Below the pieces are notes generated by a model. That model searched no databases. It had not been told where the DNA came from and worked only from the letters and a program-made list of their open reading frames with translations. Below, piece by piece: positions 48,253-62,592 of a stretch of 64,000 nucleotides of DNA (its first letter is position 1; the number at the start of each line of letters is the position of its first letter). A program made the translations under genes and the position numbers. Source of the stretch: Mobula hypostoma (lineage: Eukaryota); contig NC_086097.1 of the NCBI RefSeq assembly GCF_963921235.1, positions 183,274,001 to 183,338,000 of the forward strand, given 5' to 3'.

Positions 48253-48790
48253 ACTACATAATACAACTACTACATAGACATCTGCAGCATAGTAAATTTT
48301 AGATTGTCCCATTCAGGACTGAAGATTTAATTGCTGTGCAGGATTTCTTACTCTTGTGGGATAATGTATTTCCTGGCAAGGGGAAGAGGGTAATCACTCG
48401 GCTTGGCAGATGAGACTTGTGGCTGTGAAACTATCTCAGGTTCTGGCGTCTCCTCCATGATGGTTGCAGGAGTTGACTCTGGGACTGTGGGAAGTGGTTC
48501 TGACAGCTCTGGACATCTTTCTTCTCAAACAATTGACTCTGCTCTCAACTGATCAATATGTTCTCTCCAGATGACATCAGACACAATCTTCACTGTGTAG
48601 GAGAGTAGTCCAGTTCTGACATAAATCTTTCTAAGTGTCCACTTTAGATCACCTCTGTAGACCCTCACCAGGACTTCTTGTGTAGGAATGAAACGTCGAG
48701 CCTCCTTGTTTGAGGAGCCTTCAATTTCTCTCAGCTGTTTGTCTTGCATACTCCTTCTGCATTGAGTTGGAGCAGAGCACATTTCCAACT
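47695..48790 (-). mobile_element. Gypsy 3' fragment: integrase C-terminus, polypurine tract (47947-47959) and 3' LTR (47695-47946)
   Basis: GLLSYTV...WREHIDQL; AAGTAGGGATGAG directly before TGTTG...ATAACA on minus. Confidence 0.75.
47999..48248. repeat. Interrupted (CA)n/(CACG)n microsatellite
   Basis: Read directly from the sequence. Confidence 0.98.
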
Positions 48791-48964
48791 TTCAAACTGC
48801 TTGGGTAATGGGTAGTTCACAGGCGTTCAACCTTGCTGTACCCTGGAGACAACCTGTACTCACTTAACTTGGATCTCAAATCTGCAATTCCAGCAGTCAT
48901 GGAACAGTCTTAGAAACAGAGTACCTTATGCAAGTTTTATGCTTTTCTTGCAATTTAAAAAAAA

Positions 48965-49490
48965 TAGAACATAGAACACAGGACAGACCATTTGGCCCAT
49001 AAAGCTGTGTATATCTTGATGCTGATTTATACTATGTGTCTTCCTTCTGTTTATCATCCATGTCCTTCTGTTCCTTTTGTATTCACATATCTATTTAAAA
49101 GCCTCTTAAACTCCACCAAATTGCCTGGTTCCACTACTATCTCTGGTAATCCAATCCAGGCACCTACCCCTCTCCATGTAAAAAAAATTGCTCCTCATGT
49201 CACTTTTAAACTTGTCCCTCATATCTCCTTTAAAGTTACACCCTCAAACCTTAAAAGCATGTCATCTTATGTTAGACATTTCTATCCCAGCGAGCTGAGT
49301 CTGACTGTCTACCCTGTCTATGCCTCTCATAATTAAAAAAAAACTTTAACAGGTCACCCCTCAGCCTCTGACGCTCTAAGGAGAACAGTCCAGCTTTGTT
49401 CAGCCTATCCTTGAGCTCAGGCCTTTTAATCTAGGCAGCATCCTGGTAAAATTCTTCTATACCTTTTCCACAATTTCTACGTCTTTCCTT
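48965..49490 (-). mobile_element. Degraded CR1 3' end
   Basis: ATAGAAC tail repeats; similarity to 50055-50540. Confidence 0.7.
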
Positions 49491-49509
49491 CCCAATAAAG
49501 CTCAGCAAC

Positions 49510-50054
49510 GGAATCAGGATCAGCTTCAATATCACTGGCATACGTGAAATTTGTTGTTCTGCAGCAGTAGTGCATTGCAATTTATAATAATTTTTAAAAA
49601 AAACTATACTCACAGTGAGAAATATATATAAAAATTAAATCAAGCAAACCAGGAGCAAAAGAAGTGAGATAAAGTTTATGACTTCATTGTTCATTTAGAA
49701 ATCTGACAGCAGAAAGGAAGAATTTGTTCCTGAAACATTGAGTGTGTCTTCAGGCTCTTAAACCTCCTAGTTCATGGTGGCAAAGAGAAGAGGGTAATGA
49801 TAGATGCCACCTTCTTGAGGCATTGCCATTTGAGGCTAGTGCTCAGAGTTTACAACTTTCTGCAGCTTTTTCTAATTCTGTATAGTGGTCCTTCCATACC
49901 AGACAGTAATGCAATCAGTTAGAATGCTCTCCAAAGGACACCTGTAGAAAATTGCAAACTGACATATCAAGTCTCCTCAAATTCCAAATGAAATATAGTC
50001 GGTGTCGTGCCTTCTTAATAACTGCATCAATATGTTCCCCCCAGGATTGGTCTT
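49510..50054 (-). mobile_element. Rex1-type LINE 3' part, continued at 53770-53996
   Basis: Homologous to 30803-31415; the halves rejoin as ...ggattggTCTTcagaaattttgatgcccagg. Confidence 0.7.
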
Positions 50055-53000
50055 AACCATATAACCATAAAACAATTACAGCACGGAAACAGGCCATCTC
50101 GGCCCTTCTAGTCCGTGCTGAACTCTTACTCTCAGCTAGTCCCACCGACCTACACTCAGCCCATAACCCTTCATTCCTTTCCTGTCCATATAGCTGTACA
50201 ATTTAACTTCAAACGACAACATCGAACCTGCCTCAACCCCTTCTGCTGGAAGCTCGTTCCATACAGCTACCACTCACTGAGTAAAGAAATTCCCCCTCAT
50301 GTTACCCCTAAACTTTTGCCCTTTAACTCTCAACTCATGTACTCTTGTTTGAATCTTCCCCACCCTCAGTGGAAAAAGCCTATCCACATCAACTCTATCT
50401 ATCCCCCTCATAATTTTAAATACCTCTATCAAGTCCCCCCTCAACCTTTTACGTTCCAAAGAATAAAGACCCAACTTGTTCAACCTTTCTCTGTAACTTA
50501 GGTGATGAAACCCAGGTAACATTCTAGTAAATCTTCTCTGTACTCTCTCTATTTTGTTGACATCTTTCCCATAATTCGGTGACCAAAACTGTACACAATA
50601 CTCCAAATTTGGCCTCACTAATGCCTTGTACAATTTCAACATTACATCCCAACTCCTATACTCAATGCTCTGATTTATAAAGGCCAGCATGCCAAAGGCT
50701 TTCTTCACCACCCTATCCACATGAGATTCCACCTTCAGGGAACTAAGCATCATTATTCCTAGATCCCTCTGTTCTACTGCATCCTTCAATGCCCTACCAT
50801 TTACCACGTATGTCCTATTTTGGTTAGTCCTACCAAAATGTAGCCCTCACATTTATCAGCATTAAACTCCATCTGCCATCTTTCAGCTCACTCTTCTAAC
50901 TGGCCTAAATCTCTCCGCAAGCTTTGAAAACCTACTTCATTATCCACAACTCCACTGATCTTAGTATCATCTGCATACTTACTCATCCAATTTACCACCC
51001 CATCATCCAGATCGTTAATGTATATGACAAACAACACTGGACCCAGTACAGATCACTGAGGCACACTACTAGTCACTGGCCTCCAATCTGACAAACAGTT
51101 ATCCACCACCACTCTCTGGCGTCTCCCATCCAGCCACTGCTGAATCCATTTTACTACAATATTAAAACCTAACGATTGAACCTTCCTAACCAACCTTCCA
51201 TGTGGGACCTTGTTGAAGGCCTTACTGAAGTCCATATAGACAACATCCACCGCTTTACCCTTGTCAACTTTCCTAGTAACCTCTTCAAAAAATTCAATAA
51301 GATTTGTCAAACATGACCTTCCACACACAAATCCATGTTGACTGTTCCTAATCAGACACTGCCTATCCAGACAATTATATATACCATCTCTAAGAATACT
51401 TTCCATCAATTCACCCACCACTGACATCAAACTCACAGGCCAATAATTGCCAGGTTTACTCTTAGAACCCTTTGTAAACAATGAAACAACATGAGCAATA
51501 TGCCAATCTTTCGGCACCATCCCTGTTTCTAATGACATTTGAAATATTTCTGTCAGAGCCCCTGCTATTTCCACTCTAACTTCCCTCAAGGTCCTAGGGA
51601 ATATCTTGTTAGGATTCGGAGACTTATCCACTTTTATATTCCCTAAAAGGTCCAGTACCTCCTCTTCTTCAATCTTCATAGTTTCCATAACTTCCCTCCC
51701 TGTTTCCCTTATCTTACACAATTCAATATCCTTCTCTTTAGTGAATACCGAAGAAAAGAAATTGTTCAGAATCTTCCCCATCTCTTTTGGCTCCACACAT
51801 AGCTGTCCACTCCGATTCTCTAAGGGACCAATTTTATCCCTCACTATCCTTTTGCTATTACTATAATGGTAGAAATACCTTGGGATTTATTTTCACCTTA
51901 CTTGCTAAAGAGACCTCATATCTTCTTTTAACTTTTCTAATTTCTTTCTTAAGATTCTTTTTACATTCTTTATATTCCTCGAGTACCTCATTTACTCCAT
52001 GCTGCCTATATTTATTGTAGATATCCCTCTTTTTTCGAACCAAGTTTCCAATATCCCTTGAAAACCATGGCTCTCTCAAACTTTTAACCTTTCCTTTCAA
52101 CTTAACAGGAACATAAAGATTCTGTACTCTCAAAATTTCACCTTTAAATGACCTCCATTTCTCAATTACATTCTTCCCATAAAACAAATTGTCCCAATCC
52201 ACTCCTTCTAAATCCTTTCGCGCCTCCTCAAAGTTAGCCTTTCTCCAATCAAAAATCTCAACCCTGGGTCCAGACCTATCCTTCTCCATAATTATATTGA
52301 AACTAATAGCATTGTGATCAATGGACCCGAAGTGCTCCCCAACACAAACCTCCATCCCCTGACCTATCTCATTCCCTAATAGGAGGTCCAACACTGCCCC
52401 CTCTCTAGTTGGTACCTCTATGTATTGCTGCAAAAAACTATCCTGCACACATTTTACAAGCTCCAAACCATCCAGCCCTTTTACAGTATGGGCTTCCCAG
52501 TCTATGTGTGGAAAAATTAAGATCTCCCACAATCACAACCTTGTGCTTACTACAAATATCTGCTATCTCCTTACAAATTTGCTCCTCCAACTCTTGCTCC
52601 CCATTTGGTGGTTTATAATACACCCCCATAAGTGTTACTACACTTATTCCATTCCTCAATTCCACCCGAGTAGCATCCCTCGACGAGCCCTCTAATCTAT
52701 CCTGCCAGAGCACCGCTGCAATATTTTCTCTGACAAGTAATACAACACCTCCCCGTCCTGTCCCTCCCATTCTATCACACCTGAAGCAATTAAGTCCAGG
52801 AATATTTAGTTGCCAATCACACCCCTCCTGTAACCATGTTCCACTAATAGCTACCACATCATACTTCCAGGTATCAATCCATGCTTTCAGCTCATCCACC
52901 TTTCTTATAATACTCCTAGCATTAAAATAAATGCATTTAAGAAATTTTCCACCCCTTACTCTCTGTTTATCACAAACGGTGCAAACAACTTTACTATTTT

Positions 53001-53769
53001 CTTTTTCTTCCTTCTTCCCCACATCTGTTCCTACACTCTGGTTCCTCTCCCCCCCTTGTATCTAGTTTAAATCCACCGGATCCTCTCTAGCAAACCTACC
53101 TGCAAGAATATTTGTCCCCCTCCAGTTCAGATGTAAACCGTCCCTCCGGAACAGGTCCCATCTTCCCTAGAAAACTGCCCAATTATCTATAAACCTGAAG
53201 CTCTCCTTCCTGCACCATGTCTTCAGCCACGTGTTGATCTGTGCTATCTTACTATCTCTAAACCCGTCTGCATGTGGCACTGGTAGCAATCCTGAGATTG
53301 CTATCCTGGAGGTCCTGTCCTTTAACTTGGCGCCTAACTCCCTAAACCCACCTTTCAGGACCTGCTCACTCTTCCTACGCACGTCATTGGTCCCTACATG
53401 GACCACAACATCCGGCTGCTCACCCTCCCTCTTGAGAATACTGAGAACTCGATCCAAGATATTGCGGACCTTGGCACCAGGGAGGCAACAGACCATCTGG
53501 GATTCTCGATCTCTTCCACAGAACCTCTTATCTGTCCCCCTAACTATCGAATCCCCTATCACTACTGCTCTCCTCTTTTCCCTCCTTCCCTTCTGAGCTG
53601 AGGGTCCAGTCCCGGTACCAGAGATGCAACCACTACAACTTGTCATCTCCATCAACAGAATCCAAAACGATGTACTTATTATTGGTGGGAATGGCTACAG
53701 GGGTGCTCTGCTCATTCTGTCCATTTCCCTTCCCTCTCCTGACAGTCACCCAGCTACCTGTCTCCTGAC
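50055..53769 (-). mobile_element. CR1 LINE, 5'-truncated within ORF1; SGNH-esterase ORF1 remnant plus frameshifted ORF2
   Basis: ORF1 GDS, GTND and DGLHL with a premature TAG at 53167 and likely true stop at 53062; EN and RT pieces in four ORFs; TTATATGG tail. Confidence 0.93.
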
Positions 53770-53996
53770 TCTTCAGAAATTTTGATGCCCAGGAACCTTA
53801 AACTGCTCACCCTTTCCACTGCTGATCCCTTGATGAAGACCAGTATGTGTTCCCCCAACTTTTACTTCCTGAAGTACACAATCAATTCCTTGGTCTTACT
53901 GGTGTTGAGTAAAAAGTTTTGCTGCCACACCACTCAACTAACTGATCTATTTCCCTCTTGTACACCTCCTTGTCATCATCTAAAATTCTGCCAAAA

Positions 53997-55072
53997 ATAT
54001 CTCTTGAAAACCAAACTTCCCTATACTTATTATTTTTACTTTTTATTTTGACAGGCACATACAATCTTTGTACTCTCAAAATTTCACTCTTGAAGGCCTC
54101 CCACTTACCAAGTATGCCTTTGCCAGAAAACAGGCTGTACCAATCGACACTTGCCAGATCATCTCTGATCCCATCACAATTGGCCTTTCTCCAATTTAGA
54201 ATCTCAACCCACAGGACCAACCTATCTTTTTGCATATTTACTTCGAAATGATTGGAATTGTGGTCACTAGATGCAAAGTGTTCCCCTAGATAAATTTCTG
54301 TCACCTGACCTATCTCATTCCCTAATAGCAGATCCAGTATCACATGGTCTCTTGTTGGGACTTCTACATACCAAAGAAGGAAACTTTCTTGAACACATTT
54401 GGCAAACTCTGTGCTACTTAATCCTTTTACAGTATCTGATTCCCAGTCAATACGTGGAAAGTTAAAATCACCTACTATAGCAACCTTATGTTTCTTGCAG
54501 CATTCTGTGATCTCTCTACAAATCTGTTCTTCTAAATACCATGGGCTAATAGGTAGTCTGTAATACAGGCCTATTAACATGGTCATACCACTCTTATTTT
54601 TTATTTCCACCCATAATACCTCACTGGACGAGTTCTCCAGTCTGTCCTGACGGAGCACTGCTGTGACATTTTCCCTAACTAGTAATACCACCCTTCCTCC
54701 TTTAATCCCTCCCACCCTGTCATGTCTAAAACAACGGAACCCTGGAATATTGAGCTGCATGTCCTGCCTTTCCTGTAACTAAGTCCATGCCCTGAATTCA
54801 TCTGCCTTTCCTATGATACTTCTTGCATTGAAATATACACAGCTCGAGACACTAGTCGCAACATGCCCAACATTTTGATTTCCGATTTTGTCTGAGTCTT
54901 ACAATATGTGTCACCACAACCTCTCCATTAACTGTTCTGGCAATCTAGTTCCCATTCCCCCGCAATTTGGGTTTAAATCCCACTGTGCAGCATTAGCAAA
55001 CCTTCCCATAAGGATATCAGTTCCCCTCCAGTTCATGTGCAAACCGTGTCTTCTGTACAGGCCCCACCTTCC
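53997..55072 (-). mobile_element. Second CR1 fragment (ORF1 end plus endonuclease)
   Basis: YYRLP, VGDFNFP, LDLLLGNE, SDHN. Confidence 0.85.
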
Positions 55073-55560
55073 CTTTGATTTGGCTCAGCTACTCCAGAGC
55101 CTGTCTGATACTGGACTGAGGTGCAACATACACCACGACCTGGATGATGGCGGAAAGCTCCCTTGGCAGATAAAATGGACGACACTTGGCTGCTAGATGC
55201 TGCAGGTCAGGTGGGTAGGATTGAGTCAGAACCACCATGTCTGTGCACCATGATGAGTTAATCATAAAGCATACTCTGCCTCCTCTACCTTTAAAAACTG
55301 AGCTGTTCTGTCTTTGTGAAGAATGGTGAATCCACCAGGCTGCAGCGATGCATCCAAAATGGCAGGGGATAGCCTTGTTTCCATGAAGTAAAGTACACAG
55401 CACACCCTGATGTCCCCCTGGTACTGCAATCTTGCTCTGTGATCTTCAATTTTGTTTTCCCAAGACTGTACATTAGCCTGCAGGGTGGTCAGGAGTGGGA
55501 CTCTAAAGCCTCCGAGTTTGAATCGTACCTGCAGACTAGCTTAGCTTCCGTGCTTCGGCT
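55073..55560 (-). mobile_element. Rex1-type endonuclease fragment
   Basis: GGRVCFMINSSWC...CRPFYLPRE...VYVAPQ. Confidence 0.75.
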
Positions 55561-55859
55561 TTCTTAAAAGGGAACTGCACTCGCAACCCAAATCTGCCAT
55601 CTACCGATATCTGGAGTCTGCCAATATCGCCAGATTTGAGCATTGATAGAATTTTGAGCATCTTAAGATATAGTTGCTTACTGAAGTACATATGGCTCTG
55701 TCTGTGGATTTCAGCTGTGGTAGTCCTAAATGGGAGTATTTGATGATTCCCATTGGAGCTGCATACAAAGAGCCGCCACTCAATAGCGGAAACCATCCTT
55801 TACTTCCTCAAGACGCTAAAGAAATTTGGTATGTTCTCATCGAAACTTACCAACTTTTA

Positions 55860-56345
55860 TTGAAAGCATCCTATCTGGTGTGGTGACAGCTCTGCCCAAG
55901 ACCGCAAGAAACAGCAGGGAGTGGTGACCACAGCTCGGCACATCATGGAAACCAGCCTCCCCTCCCTGGATCTGTCTACACTTGTCAATGTATCAGTAAA
56001 GTAGCCAGTGTAATCCAGAACAACACCTAGAGGATACAAAAGCCTGAAAGCACTTAACACCAGGCTCAAAGGTAGTTTCAACTCTGCTGTTATAAGTTCC
56101 TTAGGATGTTAAGATGGACTTTTGACCTCATGATCCACACTGTTATGATATTGCACCTTATTGTCTACCCACATTGTACTTTTTCTGTAACTGTTGCACT
56201 CTATTCTGCAATCTGTTATTGTCTTACCTTGTATACCTCGATATACAATATAATAATTTGTTCTGTTTTAGCAGTATGCAAAACAAGCTTTTTGCTGTAC
56301 CTTGGTACATATGACAAGAATAAACTAATACCACTTCCAATCAGC
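55860..56345 (+). mobile_element. Rex1-type LINE 3' fragment
   Basis: DRKKQQGVVTTARHI-like remnant, then a 3' UTR with AATAAA. Confidence 0.65.
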
Positions 56346-57431
56346 AATTTTTTCAGTTCACTTCTAATGGTATTTCTTGTGAAAATCAATGATGTAGAAC
56401 AGATATGCCGTTTTGTTATTTGATTTTTGATCTTGATGCTGAAAATATTTGTGTAAAGCTGAAAATTACCATTGTGCAAAAATGTCAACCCCAGTGTAAA
56501 AAATCAGAACATATAGACATTGAACTATTACTCTAGCACTGTTTGACTGTGTTGCAGACCAGCAGCAGGTCACACACACCAGTGCCGAGAAACAGGATTC
56601 CAGCTGATTCTGGGGCACTAAAAAGGGTTGTATTTACTGTTAATGCCAAAAGAGATCTACTGAAAAATAACTGAAAAACAGATTTGCACCCAGAAACGTG
56701 CTAAGTAGAGAGATCACTCAGTTCAGTAGCTATCAGTGCTGTCATTCTGATGGTGTGTCAGCAGTTAAAGGTAGACTCGCCATGGCAGCTGGAAGGCGTT
56801 TACACATTTTATGATTGACATGCTGGAGAGAGACTCTGCAAGGGAGTCAACTTCCACATTCAGTCAAAGGAAACATGCAAGATCTGGTCAATAAGTGTCT
56901 GGAGGGCAGACCTGTGTGCCAAGGGGCTTGAAGAACTGCAAGGGCCACCATAAGAAGAACCTGGCAATATTTGTCTGTTCCAGACATTGCAAACCATATA
57001 CAATGCAGCAATGTGAAAAGATATATTGGGTGTTTTGCCTGTAGATCGGAAATCCTCATCATAAAGCATAGCTTTTCATAAAAGTTTGAGTTACTCATGA
57101 GGTGCTACTCATCAAGAAATGCAAAGATATTATAAGCAAGTTAGGTAATTAAACATTTATTCATATGATGATTAGTCCAGATAAACTGGAAAGCAGGATT
57201 TAAGTGATTTTATGCATTACTTAGGCTCCACTGCCAAATTATTAGTGCACTATATTGGCAGAAATAATTGCAGAATGGTGTGGAATGCTTGGCTTACACT
57301 GGGGAGTATGGTTTTGCAGGGCCCTTATGGCTATCCCTGTATCAGGGAGCTACTGCTAGCCTGTGTTAATAGTGCTTCCTTCCGCACAGCAAGGAAAGAA
57401 TTTCTCTGTTTCCATGTCAAAGTTCTCTTAC

Positions 57432-57555
57432 CTGATTTTTAAGTAGCTAGCAACTCTAATCACTCTTGGCTGGCTATCTATGTTCCTTTCACGACCACTT
57501 AGGGTATCCACCAAGAAAATACGTCTGGTTAAATACCAACTATTCATCGTGTTAT
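57432..57555 (-). CDS. TMEM67: Meckelin exon (about exon 13), (D)NTMNSWYLTRRIFLVDTLSGRERNIDSQPRVIRVASYLKI
   Basis: 124 nt, cacag|...|gtaaga, phase 1-2; LTRRIFLVD..SGRE and QPRVIRVA signatures. Confidence 0.97.
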
Positions 57556-59495
57556 CTGTGATTCAATAAAAATAAATTAAAAGTTGAACTTGAAATTCAG
57601 CTCAAAATCAAATATGAATTGTTCAGCATTCTTGTCATATCCATTAAACCCCCAATAATTTGGCATCCAATTGTTTAGAAATTCTAATGACTTAGGCTTG
57701 CTTACTGGTCTAAAATGTGAGACAGGAATCCAGATTGTGGAACAATTGCACAGTTGGAGCTAGAGTTAATTCTAGAACATCAGGATTAGAAATATGGATT
57801 GGTTTGCAGCCAGAGGCAAATTCCCTGCTTCACCAGGTTCACTAGAAAAATTATTATACCATTGTGTAACATGTAAAAGATGTAAAATAAAAAAGTGCAA
57901 TGAAAATAACATTCAGTAGTCTGGAAAATCTGCTGGTGCCACACTATTAAAGCCCCAAGAGAGACAGAATATTGGAATTTTACTATGTTGGGAATAACTA
58001 TCAGGAAATTGTGCAACTGCACACCATGATTTTCAGGCTATTAAAATTAACCTTTGTAATATCACAGCCTAGAGTTTCTGCAATGTCCCAGCAAGCATTC
58101 ACTAGAGTACTAGGAGTACTAACATAGAAAATCCCAAGCAGAAGCTTTTCTTTTCATTTTCAATGTGTTATGAAATCTCCAATTTTATACAAGTGCTTTT
58201 TCCAAGTAATTTTACTTTAGTTCCTTTTGTTTGTTTTTTTTTTCAGCTGAACCAAAGGCTATAATTCTGAAATTTCTGCTATTGCATTATTTAATTTACT
58301 GCTAAAGAGGCTCTGGCAATTATCCAGTATAGATGACATCTCAATTTTTGTTCCTTTTTGTAGGAAATGCCATGATTTTGTTGAACTATTCCCATGATGC
58401 TTTGATTGACATTAGAGATTCTTGTGACCTTCTCTTATACGGTTATGGTTTTACTTCTGACATTGTTGGACTGGCTTCTATGACCGGCTTCACAGTTATA
58501 CCTGTAACGAACATCAAATCCCCCAAACATCTATCAAGCATGAATGGTGTCTAAAGGATGTTCAATTTGCTAATACAATTTTGTTACAAATAGTTCTTTA
58601 AAAATAGGGCTTCTCTAAAGTTAAACATGAATACAGAATATGAGGTTCTCCTGTCTCTCCCTTTATTCAAGATAAATCATTTGAAAATCAAGAACACATA
58701 GATCTGAGCACTGGCATCCATGCTTAATTTAACTCATAACAAAAGACCATTGAACAGTTGTCTATCTGAGTATTGACACCATTTTCTGTTTTTATTTGTA
58801 ATAAATATGTCTAAGGTTCGTAGTCACAAGTATAATGGATTGCACATAAAAGTAAATTAAGATTGATATTTTCTGGGCCAAACATTATCCTCCAATCCCA
58901 GAAATAAAAATAATTTGAGTAATTTGGTAAATGATGGAATAGTCTTTTCCTTCTTATTTCATTGCAATGTTAAATTAAGTGAAATTTGAATTTAGGAAAC
59001 GTATAAAAATTTATGAGCTAAAACCATTTTGTTAGGAGTTGCCTAGGCTTAACTTCTATTCATAGTTATATGGCCATACACTCCACTCAAGCTCATAACC
59101 AAATTAAACATGATCAAATAACACACAAATAAAATGTAACCACCCTTAGCATTTTAAATTCATGACCACAGTTTGAGATTATTTGCAGTTAAAGTTTCAA
59201 TAAAATAAAACAACTCAGCCATCACATAATATAAAGGAAAAGCAAAACAGATTAAAAATCAATAGAAAGCTCTATTTCAATAGAAGTTTTCATAACACCT
59301 AGTATTAAAATATCATTTGAAAAACAAGTTTTTAAGTCACTTTGCTGTACTGTTAAAAGATGCACATAATTGAGAGAGCATTTCCACCAAAAGTCCAATG
59401 ATACCTTCCTTGGGATAGATTTGCTGTACGTAACTAGCTTAATGAGGGGAATCTGCAGAATAAACATGAGTAATTCAACAGAACACTATGCTTAC

Positions 59496-59652
59496 CTTGA
59501 TTTATGAATTTTCCATTATATTGAAGATTTAAATTATGAACTGCGATAGCTCTTAGTTTATCCTCACCATCCTCTCCTTTGTAAAGTATGTAAATGTCAT
59601 AAAAGTAAGTTTCACCATATGTAGATAAAAGTTTCGAAACAGGAAGTGTACA
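59496..59652 (-). CDS. TMEM67: Meckelin exon (about exon 12), CTLPVSKLLSTYGETYFYDIYILYKGEDGEDKLRAIAVHNLNLQYNGKFINQ
   Basis: 157 nt, aacag|...|gtaagc, phase 0-1; FYD.Y and NLNLQ signatures. Confidence 0.95.
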
Positions 59653-60233
59653 CTGTTCAAAAATTAAAATATATAAACTGTAATTGGTTACAGTACATAG
59701 ATATTTTTTGAGGCAAAAAGTATGTAATACTTGAATTTCCTTAACACCATCCAGTTCAGGTGCTTTATTTCGCAGTGTAAAGTTTAACATGTTTTTATTG
59801 GTTTGATTATTTATTCCTGATTTGCCCAAAGAGTTTGATTATTCCTCTTGCAAAACACGACCCTCCAATGTGTTAATATCTCACGATGCTTAACACTGTG
59901 ACTGGAATTCTTCAATGACCTACTTGCAACCTTTTCTCCTCTTGTTGTCATGTACAGTTCTTCATGAAGATCTGAATTATTTTAGAACATATTAAGCTCC
60001 ACCATCTTTATACATCACAGATTCTCATTTTAAAATTTATCAGCAATCTTCCAGCTTTTAATTTCTATAATTTCCTCTAGATCACATCATTATACAAGTT
60101 TCTTGTTGAAACCTTGTTTTTTCAGCATGTCTACCTTTCTGTTTCTGTGTCCCTCACCTAACATTCATCAACATCCTCCTAAGTGTTCTCAATGGCTGCT
60201 AATATTGAATGAGGGATCTTTAGGGGGTGGGGT

Positions 60234-61815
60234 TTCAAGTTCAAGTTCAACTGTCATTCAACTATATATGAACACCCATGAATACGGCCAAATGAAACAG
60301 TGTTACTGCAGGGCTAAAGTACAAAACACACTACCCACAGTTTTACATAGCACAAGGCACACATAGCACATAGAACATTAGTAAAATACAGTCACATAAA
60401 AAAAATAGTCCAAGTCCCTGAGTCCATTAATGTTGCAGCAGTCTGCAGTTAAATAGAATACATCTTGTCTTCTGCTGAAGGAAAAAGAAGTGGCAAATGA
60501 AATACAATGCGGGAAAGTGTATGGTCGTGCACTTTGGTGGGAGAAATAAACAGACAAACTATTATTTAGATGGGGAGAGAATTCGAAACGCAGAGATGCA
60601 AAGGGACTTGAGAGTCCTTGTACAAGATACCCTAAAGGTTAACCTCCAGGTTGAGTCAGTTGTGAAGAAGGTGAATGCAATGTTAGCATTCATTTCTAGA
60701 GGTATAAAATAAAAGAGCAGAGATGTGATGTTGAGGCTCTATAAGGCACTCGTGAAACCACACTTAGTGTTGTGTGTAGTTTTGGGCTCCTTACTTAGAA
60801 AGAATATACTGACATTCAAGAGGGTTCAGAGAAGATTCAGGAGAATGATTCCAGGAATGAAAGGGTTACCTTACAAGGAACATTTGCCAGCTCTTGGGCT
60901 GTATTCCCTGGAGTTCAGGAGAATGAGGGGGGATCTTATAGAAACATTCTGAATGTTAAAAGGCCCAAACAGATTAGATATGGCAAAGTTATTTCCCATG
61001 ATAGTTGATTCTAGGACAAGAGGGCACGACTTCAAGATTGAAAGACGTCCTTTTAGAACTGAGATGCGGAGAAATTACTTTAGTGAGAGGGTGGTAAATC
61101 TGTGGAATTTGTTGCCACGAGCGGTTGTGGAGGCCAAGTCACTGGGTGTATTTAAGGCAGATAGATAGGTTCTTGATTAACCAGGGCATCAAAGCCTATG
61201 GGGTGAAAGTAGGGGAGTGGGGATGACTGGAAGAATTGGATCAATCCATGATTGAATGGCGGAGCAGACTCAGTGGGCCGAATGGCCTACTTCTGGTCCT
61301 ATATCACTGACTCCACCATTTATATTGCATCACACCGCATCCAGCAATCCAGCAGAGTGTACCGACTCTCGCCTCTCTCCTCGGTGGCTGCAAACAGACG
61401 ACACCGTGGCTTGAGCCCTAGTCCTCACTACGACTGAGGCCAAGCAGCTCTCCCGCAGTCCACCCCCACCATTCGCCGATTAGCAGTGAATCAGGCTTGC
61501 AGAATTCCACATCAACCATGCTCAACGGGGTCTTGTGCTTGCAAGAAAAGCAACTAAGATGATCACTCGCTGTAAGACTGCACACGGCCTTGGTGCACCA
61601 ACATCTCTCTAATGCAGGCAGCAGCACGATCTGCATGAAGTCCAGCTCCTTTACTTTCTATGCCAACGAGCAACTCACTGACAGGGTAGACCTGCAGTAC
61701 TTTAAGTTCTTAATGTACAGCAAAGTCTTGTGATTGTAAAAATAAGTTTTTAAAAATACTTTTGGTTGGCCCCATAGAAGCACTGCATCTGAGCACACCA
61801 CCATCTTATTGGAAG
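60234..61815 (-). mobile_element. Interspersed repeat with (AACTTG)n tail, split by the CR1 at 60484-61304
   Basis: TTCAAG repeats at 60234; far end homologous to 29442-29562. Confidence 0.5.
60484..61304 (+). mobile_element. CR1 3' fragment, older copy of the 35602-38631 subfamily
   Basis: Colinear with 37790-38615, with stops and frameshifts. Confidence 0.92.
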
Positions 61816-62134
61816 TCCAGTTTGTGCTCAGGGCTAAAGGTAATAGGCACCCCTAAGACTTTAATAATTGTAAGATAATTTAGAAAGTTCACAGAAAGAT
61901 AAAAGTGAGTAAAAACCCAAGTGCCTTGACATTGTGTTGCTGACTGCCCTCAAGGAATGGCTGTGACATCATCAAGTATTCAATGTTGTGGGGCCGGGGG
62001 GTGCAGTGTGTATTTTACTGACTGAAAGGGGGTGAAAAATACTGTTTACAGTTTTACAATTAATTTATTCAACTGATCAAGTATATAAATTTTAAATATT
62101 TCAAACAGTATGTAAAAACAAATTTTAAAATTTT

Positions 62135-62430
62135 ATTTATTTATCTAGATACTGAGCCAATTAGGACATTCTGGCCCTTCGAGCTGCACTGCTCCACAAC
62201 CCCTGACAATCTCATTCTAACTCCAACCTAATTAGGGGACAATTTACAATGACCAATTAGCCTATCTGGTATGTCTTTGAACTGCAGGAGGAAGCTGGAG
62301 TTCCTGGGGAAAACCCACACATCCCCCAGGAGGACGTACAGAGATTGCTTACAGATGATGCTGGAATTGAACTCCGAACTCCAGTGCCCTGTGCTGTAAT
62401 AGCATTGCACTAACCATTATGCTACCGTAC
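62135..62430 (-). mobile_element. tRNA-derived SINE
   Basis: Minus-strand B box GAGTTCAATTCC; shares the IGHCKLS-like core with 40690-41016; (TTTA)n tail. Confidence 0.7.
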
Positions 62431-62592
62431 AGCCCAATAAAAATAAATAAATGTTAATCATAAAGATATTACTTGCTGTCAAAGCTAACATTTATTACTC
62501 ATCCCTAAAAGACCCTTAATAGGTGTTGCTGAACCAATAGTCAGAGCGCAAAATAGAAGTGGTAGAGGCAGATACTATAACAATGTTTAAAA

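Noticed and set aside
45140..48312. HT/CV/RE/SL-repeat ORFs
   Set aside because: Translations of (CA)n and (GA)n microsatellites
59924..59972. Possible extra minus-strand exon (LHEELYMTTRGEKVA|gtaggt)
   Set aside because: Poor pyrimidine tract, no resemblance to meckelin, and phase incompatible with the next exon
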